A stretch of DNA of 63,915 bases, counting the filler, from Rhabdomonas costata (taxonomy: Eukaryota), in the NCBI GenBank assembly GCA_019059605.1. It is 37 parts of 37 records of this genome, joined end to end, with 100 filler letters (N's around TTAATTAATTAA, not from the genome) between each part and the next. Parts side by side here need not be neighbours in the genome. Positions count along the whole stretch, not along the records: positions 25,972 to 27,601 come from JAHMHO010011682.1; positions 27,702 to 29,331 come from JAHMHO010011683.1; positions 29,432 to 31,059 come from JAHMHO010011684.1; positions 31,160 to 32,789 come from JAHMHO010011685.1; positions 32,890 to 34,519 come from JAHMHO010011686.1; positions 34,620 to 36,249 come from JAHMHO010011687.1; positions 36,350 to 37,975 come from JAHMHO010011688.1; 30 more parts are not named here. The stretch is one strand, 5' to 3'. The position numbers and the translations under genes were made by a program. Below the pieces are notes generated by a model, which saw nothing but the letters and a program-made list of their open reading frames with translations, did no database searches and was not told the DNA's origin. Positions 26,023 through 37,970 of this stretch are shown piece by piece (the stretch's first letter is position 1; each line of letters starts with the position of its first letter).

Positions 26023-26400
26023 CTGATTGATATGGGCCCGCCCCGGCCCCGTGCACAGCCTGAGGGCGACGATATGCACCAGGGCTAGCCCAGCAGCCCG
26101 AGCCTGAGGCCGGGCCAGGAACTCCTCCACACCCCACCCCTCGTGGCCGCTGTCCCGAAGCTCCCCGCGCCATTTCCGTGGGGAGGCCTCCGTGGGCACG
26201 GGGTGGTTGACGTACTCCCAGTGCCCGCGCAGCTCCTCAGTGGTGCCCCACTCCAGGGCCATCGCGTCAAGCTCTTCGCTGGGGGGCCGCAGGGCGGAGT
26301 CCTTGGCATAAGCTGTGGCCTTGGAGAACAGCACTGCGGTGGCGTAGTCGACGTACTTCAACAGCCCCGCGTCGTCGTGGGCCCGCTTCCGGGGGCGAAC
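26023..26400 (-). CDS. Exon of an ADP-ribosyltransferase-associated protein (helical region preceding an ART core)
   Basis: RDSGHEGWGVEEFLARPQARAAGLALVHIVALRLCTGPGRAHINQ resembles the RD.GH.G..L..F...P.A..A.L....ALRLYTGP....IN segment of protist mono-ART-like proteins. Catalytic core is not on this contig. Confidence 0.6.
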
Positions 26401-27996
26401 CTTTTGTGAGGGTCCCAGCGACTATTCATCTCAAATGTAAACGACACCCGTTTGTCAAATCAAACATATGGGGTGTGTGTTGCATGCCAAACGTTTGCGA
26501 AGTTGAAGACGGTGAAGGACGGAGTCATCCAAGCCTCAAGAAGACGACATAGCGCAAAAGAAGCGCGGGCCACTTTGACCCCACCAAGCACAATATGTAT
26601 GCTGTCATTTGCGATAACTTCCCTGAGACCAATTGCGACCACCGGCGAAAGGGTCGTAAAAATCCTCCACAGAACAAGGGTGAGGGCGATAACTGAGATT
26701 GGATGACGAAGAACTATCCCTGATCTGCTCATATCAATCGCATCGCAAGGGCGAAGTCCGCATTGTTTCTTCACTGCTTTACTGCAATCCACTTCTTTCG
26801 ATTCAAAAGTTGTGTTGTGCACCTGGAAACACATGTCTATTTTACCGATCTGACTAGCGTCAAATGCATTTGGAGCCCACATGGCTAGCAGAAAAAACTT
26901 GCCACAAGAGAAGGACCTATCCATCACCCTGACGCTGTCGGCAGCAGAGTATGCATTCATCTATGGGGGGGAGGGGGAAATCCAGTAACCTGTCCATTGG
27001 AAGGTTTTCCAGGTGACGGCTTCTTCGGAGAGGAAGTCGAAGCCGCTGGGGCACCCAATACCTAAAAAGCGGATGTGTTGTTGGGAGAGAAGAAATCTGA
27101 AAACAAGGTTTCCAACAGCGAAGTAAACCACGTAAGTGACAGCTCGAAAAAAAAATGGTACAATCGCATCTCCACCAATAATAACTCCGATGATGATGAC
27201 AGAATATGCCAACCAGCCCCAACACCTTTGGAGAGGTCGCAAAACCCTAACCGTAAACATTCCACTTTCACATTGGTTGACTGCATCCATGATGGGTTCG
27301 AACAGTTCTGCACTATTTGTCGCGCTACTCTTCGTTCAGTGCAGAGTCTGACACGGGTCAGCCCCGCATATTATAGGAAGCACGCAGACGCACGCGCGCA
27401 CACACACATGCAAAACATTGTTTGTCTGAAGCCCCGTTGTTGCGGAGTGCTGCCTTTCTGCCTCCAGCTGGCTCTCCAATTTATCACGATTCCTGCCCGT
27501 ACCCACAACCGCACACACCGCCGGACTCTCCTCAACGCAGGCAGAGCCTGCCCGTCGCGGCAAAGGTATACTGCTCCCATTTGCGACTTGCACCTACAAA
27601 CNNNNNNNNNNNNNNNNNNNNNNNNNNNNNNNNNNNNNNNNNNNNTTAATTAATTAANNNNNNNNNNNNNNNNNNNNNNNNNNNNNNNNNNNNNNNNNNN
27701 NGTTTTGACGTATGTCTTTCGGATGCGGTGGTGATGTGAAATACTAACGGATTGAACGGTCTTGCGGACTGTAATGCTCGCCCTATATTATTCGGTAAAA
27801 CGGGAATGTTCTGAGTTTACGGTGCAAAGTGCCGTTTCAACGTCGGCGCTGCATTCCGCGCAACTCAGCACAAAAACTAGTTTCCAGTGGTTTGCAGGAA
27901 AAAGTACGATGACACTGGGGCGGGGTGCTTTCTCAGTAAAATTGTTTAGACTCTAGCTGTGCGCAGTGTTTGCGTTGGTGTTTGTGGGATTCTTAG

Positions 27997-29331
27997 CCGA
28001 AGTCACCGCACCAAGATCCTGAGCCGACCCTTGATCCTGAAGTTGAGGCCCTGCTGGCCTGCCTGGACGCCCTGGCGCCCGGCAGCGATGCCCTGCATGG
28101 GGCCAAGCAGTACTACAGTGGGGGCTGTGAGCAGGACCCCCGCTTTGAGGTGGCGGTCTTGAGGTGGCTGCAGGACAGAGTCCGGGCTCTTCTCAGGGAC
28201 GAAGAAAGCTCACCGCTTGACATCGGAAAGCCCGAGTTGAGCCGTGCCAGACTGGCCCTGAGGATAATGAAGTTGTCTCCAGCTCAGTTTGCCGCGCTTT
28301 TCCTGTACACTTACGAGATCAAGGGCAGCATGGGTGAAGGCAAGCCCAGCACCCCAACGCAGACAACAGCAACACAGGACCATGTCCAGCCCTGCCCTGC
28401 AGAAGGTGAGACCTCGTCTTTATCCAAGCCCGGGTCCAAGTGTACGAAGAAACCCGACCAGCTATACACTTTGCTGACCTCCGCCCAGCGAGCCGCCTTC
28501 GGAGCAGACCCCAGCTCCCCCGCGCAGGCCGCACTGAATGCCCTGGCCCCTATCATTGACGCTATTCAGGCGTACCTTAACCATGGGCCAGTGCCGAAGG
28601 TAGACCCGGAGGAGGATGTGCTCTTCCGTGGGGTGGCCTATGAAGTGTCAGAAAAGGAGGCTTCGAACCGACGGCTGCCGTGGATGTGCTTCAGCAGTGC
28701 CTCGCTGAGCGCTTCTACGGCGCGCAGCTTCTTGCGACCTGGGGGCACCCTGTTTGTGGTGCGGTCAGCGGAGGCCGTGGCGATTTACTTCCTGAGTGCA
28801 TTTATGTCCGAGGTGGAGTGCCTGGTGCCGCCGACGGAGTTCATCCTGCGAGATGCACTTCCGATCTCCATTCTTCGGATGATGGGGGTTCAGGGCTCCG
28901 TGATGCTGTTGGAGGATCCCAAGGTGCTTTTCGTTTTTTCTGTTTCTTCTATTAATGTTATTTCCCTTTCTTCGCACCGTTCTACCTAGCTCAAAGACCA
29001 CTGGCCACTGGCCGAAAAATCGAGAATATATTTTCTTCTCTTTTTCAGATGGCGACGACTCCGGGGGCGTCCCAGCGGGGCCTGGCCTCGAAGCTCTTGC
29101 TACAGCGCAAGCTGGACTTTCTGTTCCAGCCCCTGCGAGAAAAATATGTCACTGTCAGCGCCACTCCGGATCGCCAGCATCAAGAGCCTTCCTACGCTCT
29201 TCTTGAGAAACTCTGTGAGAATGTGCTGGAGTCTCCCCGTACTGATGGGCGAGTCCCCACCGACCTAGTGCTGTCCTCCGGTGGCAGGGGCAAGACCTGT
29301 ACAGGCCTACTCCTGCAGCAACACCCCCCCC
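27997..29331 (+). CDS. ARTC-type mono-ADP-ribosyltransferase fused to a P-loop NTPase (exons 27997-28923, 29049-contig end)
   Basis: ART helix motif AALFLYTYE...QLY; catalytic motifs LFRG (28621), FSSAS (28690) and SEVECL (ExE 28810-28818). Phase-0 GT-AG intron at 28924-29048, then ...DLVLSSGGRGKT Walker A-like motif (about 29265-29297). Confidence 0.8.
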
Positions 29332-29756
29332 NNNNNNNNNNNNNNNNNNNNNNNNNNNNNNNNNNNNNNNNNNNNTTAATTAATTAANNNNNNNNNNNNN
29401 NNNNNNNNNNNNNNNNNNNNNNNNNNNNNNNGTGTGGGTGTGTTTGGGGGGTGGTGGCAGGTGCCTGCCTGTTGGTTTAGGTTTGCTTTGGGGCCTCCGC
29501 TCGGCCTTCTCCATGTGCCCCTGCCGCACCTGCCGTGGTCAAGCCCGTGTGCCTGTCCTTGAAACCCAGGTGTGACGAGCGGGGATGCATGTCTTCTCAT
29601 TTGAATTGAAAGCTGGACTCTACCCGCTTCCCAGAATCAGGAATCGGAGTCAAAGCTTGCGCTGTGGACTCCTCTAACTCAAAGTTTCCATGTGCGTTTT
29701 TGCTTGTGGGTGCATCTGTGCCTGCTCTTCATTCGGTCGTTGCTTTGACTCTGCAG

Positions 29757-30976
29757 AGCCAGAGAGACTCCGACTCCGCCGCTGCCTTTGCAGGACTCCT
29801 CTGAGCAAGCACCCAGCCGAGCGTATGCCGAGAACTGGTTCTTCAAAGAAAAAGCCGTGACGATGAAAATGTTGAGCTCGATTAGATCCTACACCGATGT
29901 TTGGTCATGATATTAGCATTGAGTTATTCTCCCGCCATGGAACTGAACAGCACAACAGCGTGTCTCATCTGCAGCCCTACTTTGTACATTCGTAGAGTCA
30001 ACCCCGCAATGAGCTTCCTGGTTTGCCGCTCTGAAGTGCGGAACACAGTGAGCTGCGATTCTTCGCATGCAAGATTGAGGGGAAAAGTTGCTAGCTTATG
30101 CTTGCATTTTCCCAGCCCCACTGGCGTGGTCAATTCGCTGAATCTGCCTGTTGGTTGAAAGCAGGTGGCGTTGTGCGTGCACTGTGTGACGCCTGCTCAC
30201 CCTTCAGGGCATCCGTCACGTCAGGACGGAGCTCGTACGATGACGTCACCTCCCCTTTGTCTGAAGAGCTGCAGAAGTGCCGGGCCATCATCCAGGAGCT
30301 GCGAAGTATGGCTTCATCTTGAGCACGCGGCGCAACAGTGAAGCTTCTGATATGACAAATGCACGAACTTGGTTTCGGAGCTTTTCTTTACTTTTACTTT
30401 GACTTTACTGACATGCGTGTGTCAGCCTGCTTGTGTTCATGTTTCTATTGCTACTCCGTTTATTTTTTTCTGACAAAATGATAATCTGTGCAGCAAACGA
30501 CACACGCTCCACTGATACCCGCCCCAATCACTGGGAATGCACAGTTTTGGGTTTTCAGTGTTCCACAGTTCTAGTACAGATGTCACTGTGGTGTGTGGAG
30601 ATCTTTCTACAGTCGACAGCCTGCATAATGCCAGCATGGAGAAATGATGCGCCTACCGGGAGGATTTGAGAGTCACACCGCCCGATGGCCATGCAGACGA
30701 CGGAGCTGCCCTTCTGGAGCTGCCTCACCACGGTGGCCTGTTGCCGTAATGGCTGCAGTGGCTGCTTTTTTTTATTGTTTTTTTGATTGCTCGCTTCGTG
30801 GCCATGGAGAAACGCCCTTCGATCTCTTTCTCTCCTTGGCCACTCCCACAGTGTACGCTTGTTTTTCTCCCTCAGAGCATCCAGATGCGGAGGCCTTCCT
30901 GGCCCCTGTGGACCCCGTGGAGTACCCCACTTACAGAGCTATCGTGCGCCACCCCATGGATCTGGGAACCATCTAC
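29757..30976 (+). CDS. Bromodomain protein, exons about 29757-29823, 30208-30305, 30876-30976
   Basis: EELQKCRAIIQELRK|HPDAEAFLAPVDPVEYPTYRAIVRHPMDLGTIY gives the bromodomain F..PVD....Y..I..PMDL.TI motif. Phases are consistent. Confidence 0.88.
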
Positions 30977-33081
30977 GTACGTGACTCGTCCTCTTCCCTT
31001 TCGCTCTTCCGTGTCCCGCAAAAAACCCCCCCCCACCCCACCCAAACACCACCCAACACNNNNNNNNNNNNNNNNNNNNNNNNNNNNNNNNNNNNNNNNN
31101 NNNTTAATTAATTAANNNNNNNNNNNNNNNNNNNNNNNNNNNNNNNNNNNNNNNNNNNNTTTTTTGCTGTGCATTTCGTTTTCTTCGCAAATGAGAAGAA
31201 AAACACAAGAACATCCCAAGAAGAAGGAAATTTAAGAACCCAATGTTTACAGCCGTCATAGATCATTCTAAATGACGAGAGTCCTCATGACTAGACCAGG
31301 CCTCGATACCGAGGAGCTACGATGTCAGATTGCGGGAACCTTCCTGTGGACCTCTCTTCGGCGTTCCCTTAGGAATAACCAGTGCACTTAATACAAAAAA
31401 GCGCTCCCAACAGTACCTCGCGGCGTCATCCGGTGCGCCGGGGAGGCATACGTGGCCGCCATCGCTGCGGGTGTCATCGCGGAGGCGGATTACAGAGATT
31501 GTTAAGCACCGCGGAAAAGTCCCGCGGCGGTCGGAGCGGGCAATATAAATCAGAGAGCCGTTGAAGTTCCACCGCTAAAGGAAACAAAACTATGCAGACA
31601 AGGCAAGCAACATCCCAAAACTCAGAATGTCGTATGTTACGAGTTTTTCAATTGAAGTCCTGGGAACGTAATAAAATGCCGCTAGGCAGGTATCTATGTA
31701 TACGATATGTTTCAGACGTTATTATGTTACTGAGGCTAAAAAGGATGTGTTCTGATTGTACTCGAATCGACACATATCGGGACACGCAGCTGTTCGTTTC
31801 GCACCGCATTTAGGCATTCGGTAACCGGTGGCTTTTGGTGGTCCATCCGTCTTTAAGGAGAGAATCCCTCCATTCGATCAGATTCACGGACGTACAGACA
31901 GTTGAGAAGGGGCACGGCGAAAGCCCTCTTACCCTCCTTCCTCTCTCATTCGCAAGTGTACCCGAAGCTGAGCCAAGTTGAAGGCAGGATGCCCACCGTG
32001 CCCCGTCCTGCAACCCAACACAGCGCCCCAGAAAGCACAGGAGGAGAGCTGAGCAAGGTTGCTCGCGCGGGATTCAACATGGAGCATAGCCTGAACGCTT
32101 CGCTGAGACAGACTGAACACATCGAATCGAACGAGCTCGGGATGGGCTTTGGAACTGAGAACCCTGACAGCTCAAAGGCGATCGTCACGAAAATGGTTCT
32201 GTGACATGAAACGTGCGGATCTTTTTCATCCCTCAAGCACGGAGGCGACAGGTGTCATGCCAGATCCGTGGCTGCGTCACGACAACGTCGATGGCTCGCC
32301 AGTCCAGCCCGAACCACTTCACAGCTTCCAGCGTGGAAGCCGCCCGCCACAACCAGTAGACCTGTTGAGAGCACACACATGCACACACAAACGCAGAGGT
32401 ATATGGCAAGCCAGGTAGCGTCTTCCCTCAAACTCAATTAAAAGCAATTGTGGCGGTCGCTGGGGCAAAGAACGACGCTGGGGCAGAGCAGCCAACATCT
32501 AGCCAGCTAGTAGCAATTCTTGACCTCACACAGTCCCATATATGTCCCATAGCACAGAGGCCACTTGTTATGATTCAATGCGGATAAAATTTTCTTCCCG
32601 AACAGTTTATCGAGAAAGTATGCATAATTTCATTTCATTTTTCTCAAACACTTCGTCCCGAGTTCGTCGCTACGAGCCGAAGCGACCAGCTGCCATGAGG
32701 AGCCCCAAAATGCCCCCCTCCCCGCCAGCAGACCATCCGACTGGAGAGGCTTTGGAACAAGAGCCTTCTGACATCCAACAACCACCACANNNNNNNNNNN
32801 NNNNNNNNNNNNNNNNNNNNNNNNNNNNNNNNNTTAATTAATTAANNNNNNNNNNNNNNNNNNNNNNNNNNNNNNNNNNNNNNNNNNNNTGTTTTGGGTA
32901 GGACCGTAATGGTGCAACTGCAGGAGGGGGTTCGCAAGGTGAAAGTGCAAGTGCGTGTCACGCAGAAAAATACGCACGGCCCACCTCGCGCCGCTAAACC
33001 CCCGGAGTAATGCAGCACCTGCTTGAAATGCCCCCTTGCCGTTCTGTTGAAAGTCATCGTATTCATATTGAATTCAATAAA

Positions 33082-33488
33082 GGCATACCTTTAGCAGTGT
33101 ACCTACCGTAATAGGGGAGTGGGGGGCATCGCTCCCTAACCCTGTATGAGGCACAATCAGCTGAATTGGGGAGGGGGTTATCACTTCCTAACCCCCTGCT
33201 CGTCACTGGAAATAACGATCACAAATGTGCTCACACAGGGTGATGAACAAGTCCTCCGAAGCCATGCTGTGGCGCCAATTGGAACTCCTTGACGTAACCC
33301 TCCACGTGGTCAGAGTTGACACCACTTTTAGCGGCAAGCCATGTCTTTAAGTGACCCCAATTGCCATCAATTCCCTGGGTGCTCACCGTCCTGCGCTTGG
33401 TTATTTCCCGTTTATCTTTCTTGCAGTGGGTTAGGAATTGATGCCCCCCGCTCCCTTATTAAGGTAGGTACACTGCTAAAGGTATGCC
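33082..33488. mobile_element. 407-bp MITE (non-autonomous TIR DNA transposon)
   Basis: About 61-bp terminal inverted repeats (33082-33142 and 33428-33488) starting GGCATACCTTTAGCAGTGTACCTACC, first 26 bp perfect. Flanks CAATAAA and GAATAAA resemble a 7-bp target-site duplication with one mismatch. No coding content. Confidence 0.88.
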
Positions 33489-34619
33489 GAATAAACCCCC
33501 CAACCTTCCTACGATCGAAAAATTACCGGCAGATAAGTAGACAGATGACCAGCAATTCTAATGGTTGTTGGGAGTACATTTTCTAACCTCGTCAGCAATG
33601 ACACCGGAAACGAAGATTGCAAATTTAAACCGCCTTCCTCCATATCCCCATTCAAGTTGGGCTGAAGGAACCGCAGGAAAAGCAGTCAGTCCAGGACGAA
33701 AATCCCGACGCGTCGCGTCGTGGCGTAACGAGCGAAGACGGCAAACCATCCCGAAAAGACACACCGCACTGGGCCGGCCGTGCCGTCTACCGTACACAAG
33801 CCGCCAAACTAAGACATTCATTTCCAAGCAAAGCAAGACACGTAATACAGCCACCACCAGGCCCGAGAGGAGAAGAGGGACGTGAGGCTCGCTCAAACAG
33901 TTTTCGTCTCCTCCTTGGTTTTTTCTGCGACGCTAGGGGGAGGTTGGGCCAACAGCGGTGAAGCCTCGAAGGAAGGCAACACATCAAAACGGGAAGGTGC
34001 ACTCAAAACTACCGAAAACAGAACACCCATGATCCAGGGCTTGATATTACATCCAGGGATTGCCATAACAACAAAGCTGACACCACTGCAAAGAAAGTGG
34101 AGCCCTCTATGTGTTCGGAGGAACTAGTGAAGAAAATGAAAAGAATCTACGAATACGGCGGGTTGGTGGTTGCTTCGGTGTGTGGGGGGCAAGTCAGAAA
34201 AGGACAGAACGGCACAAAGCGCTCTGCGTTCGCTGTTCTTTCCTTTTTCTGGTTTCGCAGAAGGAACAGAACGGAAGCAGCAGAGGAGTGAGTGAGCATT
34301 GACACAAAAGAGTCTGTACACAGCGAGCGGGTCGGGTGCCGATGTGCCGTTGGGAAGCCGATGAGTCAAAGTAGGAGTGAAAGGCTCGTCCTTGTATTCT
34401 GCAAAGCGGTAATACGCGGAGGAACCAGACAAAAAGCCTGGCCTCAACTAAGTGTTCCCATGTCCGCCGCTTAGGAGCGGCGGAAGTACATGTCGTAGCG
34501 CGCGCGGTATTCTCCGCCANNNNNNNNNNNNNNNNNNNNNNNNNNNNNNNNNNNNNNNNNNNNTTAATTAATTAANNNNNNNNNNNNNNNNNNNNNNNNN
34601 NNNNNNNNNNNNNNNNNNN

Positions 34620-36249
34620 GGTTTGTTGTGCGGGGTTCACCTCCTGCTGGAGGCCCCGCGGCGGACCTGTGCCATCCTCGAGGACAGGGCCCTGGCCGCT
34701 AGACTGTCCACCGTCCGCGAGGCCAAGGTACAGTGCTAAATGCCCATGCCGTGGCTGACCCTTTGCCCCATCCCAAGACAGCCTGCATGGAAAACCTCCG
34801 CAGTGAGCATTGCAAAAGGAATAAAGAGTGAGCACTCTCCGGTGTGCTTTTGGACACAAACACGTTTGCGGATGGGTGTTACCAGTTCCGGGCACCAACC
34901 AAGTTTACACGACCCAATTGCTCTCATGGGTTTCAAGGGGATCAGCTTTGTGCTGAAAGCACAGTGCACCGTCTCCCAGCCGCAACGCAACAGTGCCTGA
35001 CGCTTCCTCCCCTACACGCGTTCCATGTACGTGGGTTTTGTCTGACCTATTACCACCGCGCTCCTCCTTGAGTGCTCCTTTTCGGACAATCCGGAAACCC
35101 TTCAGAAATCTTCGGTTGGATTTGCTTCAGCGCGTTTCTTGCCTTCCAGAGGGGTACTTTCTTGGCGCACTGGATTTCAGGCGTTTCCACCCCCAAAAAA
35201 ACATATAAAGGCCGTGGCCGCGGTGAAGCTTCGGGTCTCGCTGGATGACTTCGAGGCGCAGTTTGCGGCGGATGAGGCCCGGTGTGAGTTGTGGGCCCGT
35301 GGGCTGGTCGCGGTGCAGCAGCGGCAGCTGGGACGCGCCGCGGCGCTGTTCCGCGCGGCCTTCCTGGAGATGAACCCAGACATGGAAGGTCAGTCTCGGG
35401 GCGTTGCATATATCTCCATATATCCATACGTCTTCTTTCCCTCCCCGTGTTTGCAAACAAATGGACAAAAATCGTACATTTTGTCTCTTTCACCTTCGGC
35501 GCAATGGCATGTTTTCAGGGCGTGCTTGCTTCACGTCATTACTGCCGGTGACGTGGACATTATTGGCATGGATATTATCTGTTGGCGTAGACACACGTGG
35601 AGACGCCAATTCTCGAAAGTTTCCTACGCACGCAGACCCGCGTGAACATTTATGTATAAAAAACGGCAGGAATGCTCATTATCTTCGTCATCATGTGTCT
35701 GTGCACGTCCCGTGTCTGCCTTACGAGCCTGACTATCAGAATTGTTTTGTCCCTGGTGAGAAGCTCAGTGTTCCTTCCTCATTTCTTGCGGCTGGTTAGA
35801 AAATATCATCATGCGCCACCTTGAGCTGCGCACATTCTCCGGCACCGAGACCGGGGGCTCAGCCGGCCACTCATCGTACTCGGTTTGTTCGAGAACACCC
35901 TGTATCTTACCCTGACCAACCAGTATCTCTCCCTCTTCCTTATCCTTCTTCCTCGTCCATTCCGGTGTTTCCTCACTGTCTGCAGACTTCGTCGAGTCCT
36001 TGCAGTCCGTGATGCCCTGGCTGTCCTTCTACCGTGAGACCCTCCTGCACATCAGTCCCACCAAGCAGCTCATGCTCCCGTCCCAGAGGCCCCTCACCCC
36101 GCTCCCCGCGACGTATCCCCAGCCTCAGCCTCAGCCTCAAACCCAGCAGCAGCAGCAGCAGGAGCCTGCCGCCAAGGTTACCCCCCGAAAGCTCGCCACG
36201 CCGTGGTTCGGCAGCCCCACTTCGCAGCCGCAGCCGCAGCCTCAGGGCA
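34620..36249 (+). CDS. Unidentified spliced gene fragment (exons about 34620-34727, 35211-35388, 35986-36249) ending in a P/Q-rich tract
   Basis: ...ALAARLSTVREAK|AVAAVKLRVSLDDFEAQF...FLEMNPDME|DFVESLQSVMPWLSFYRETLLH...PQPQPQ. In-phase GT-AG joins. Confidence 0.6.
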
Positions 36250-36514
36250 NNNNNNNNNNNNNNNNNNNNNNNNNNNNNNNNNNNNNNNNNNNNTTAATTA
36301 ATTAANNNNNNNNNNNNNNNNNNNNNNNNNNNNNNNNNNNNNNNNNNNNAAACTTGTAAAGCTTGTGCTTTGGTGATGATTTGTGAGAGGGAACCCCACG
36401 CTCGCCCCTATACTAAGCTCGTGTTGGTGATTGTTTTTATGTTGCCATCGGTTCCCCTTTCCAATGCATCATGATATTTCGTGTCTGTGTGCCGGTGTGG
36501 ATGGGGTGGCGCAG

Positions 36515-37187
36515 CCTACAAGCACTGCAAGACCATTGGGCTGGTCGGCAGCTCCATGGCGCTGCTCTCGGGCACCCCCCTGTCGGTGCGCGCCACGGCC
36601 GCCCATGACCTGCAAATCCCTGTGGTCTCCGACCTGGGCCTCGTGACCGCCAGGTGTGTGTTCTCCCCCACAACCCGCAGCTTTCTTCATGACTAGTTCC
36701 ACCTCAAATGAGAATTGAAGAATTTATGTAAGAAGAAGCAAGTACTTGGACTCACATGGAACAGAAGAGGAGGGAATGAATGCGTGCTTCTGCCTGCGTA
36801 TTCTGCACAATTGCAGTGCCTGCTTCCTTTTGGTGAAACACGTGCTGGTTCGCTCCAAATATGCTCTTTTTTTGTGGGTGATTGATTTAGTGTTTCGATA
36901 TGTGCTGCACTTGGATTTAAGCTTGAGATGGTGAGTTGAAGTCCCTCACCGAACACTCGAGGAGAAAAGTCATTTCGTCCCCCACTGTCTCACGAACTGA
37001 GTTTTATGTCACAGCTTCTGAGCTACGGCGAGAGCTCTTGAGTTCAAATCTGTCTTTTGACTTCGTTAGGGATGGCTCTTCGATTAAGGAGTTTGCAGCG
37101 AGCTTCGCGGGTGCCCTGGCCAAGCACCGCCACTGGGAGCGAGTGCTGGGCGACGAGCTGCCCGTGTGGAAGAGAATCCCTGCGTGA
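36515..37187 (+). CDS. katE: Large-subunit catalase (HPII/KatE-like) C-terminus, exons 36515-36653 and 37070-37187
   Basis: AYKHCKTIGLVG...VVSDLGLVTAR|DGSSIKEFAASFAGALAKHRHWERV...KRIPA*. Matches the HPII C-terminal domain (EAYKH.K.I...; HR.W.R...KIPA*). Confidence 0.8.
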
Positions 37188-37851
37188 GGGCGGAAGAGAA
37201 GTCCTCGCGCAAGAAGATGAGCCTGCAAGCCTACTCTTTGATTTTGCGCCATTTTGGATCAATGAGAGCAAAAAAAAGGAAGCGTGGTCTTTTTTGCCTC
37301 CTCACCTTGTGGGAGGTGCTCTTTTCTGTTGTAGTGCACTGAGATGAAATCGCCCCGTATTTTGATTTTGTGTGTTGTGAATTCGGTTTTGTCATATTAT
37401 TTGTGCATTTGCTATGCAGCCTTCAGAAGAGGCGCAGAAGTCATCGTTGAAGTCATCACTGGTGGCTTCACTTGCTGAATTTTTTTCACACCCGACTCTC
37501 CACCACCTCCCGGCAGTATTTTATTGATCCTTACATCCTGATCTCGCTCTTCTGATGTATCAATTCAAACATTTTTGTTTGCGTACTCTCTCGATCTGCT
37601 TTCCGCTCAATTTGAAGTCTTTGGGTTATTTGTCATTTGTGCGTTGCGTCTCAACTGAGTTTCCTGACCTTCCAGGCCGGCGAATCCAACACATTACTCT
37701 TTGCGTTGGTGCTCTTTCGTCTCACTCAAGGACGTGCGCGAGTCAGGAATAGCAAGCAAAAGGAGGCGTCACCTGCAGCGGGTGCTAAGAATTTTTGATT
37801 GGACCCAATCGGCCTCCTCGAGGAAAACCGAACGAAGTTAATTTGCATGCT

Positions 37852-37970
37852 GTCAATCCCCTCCGGATTCCATGAACCTACTTATCGGTGTCAGTAATCA
37901 CGGTCCGGGGATCCCGTATTGTGATTACTGACACCGATAAGTAGGTTCATGGAATCCGGAGGGGATTGAC
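37852..37970. repeat. Perfect 50-bp inverted repeat with a 19-nt loop at the contig end
   Basis: 37852-37901 is the exact reverse complement of 37921-37970. The contig ends 5 nt later. Confidence 0.95.

Noticed and set aside
25972-29331. Apparent cluster of two ART genes
   Set aside because: They lie on different contigs separated by a spacer, so the adjacency is an artefact of ordering.
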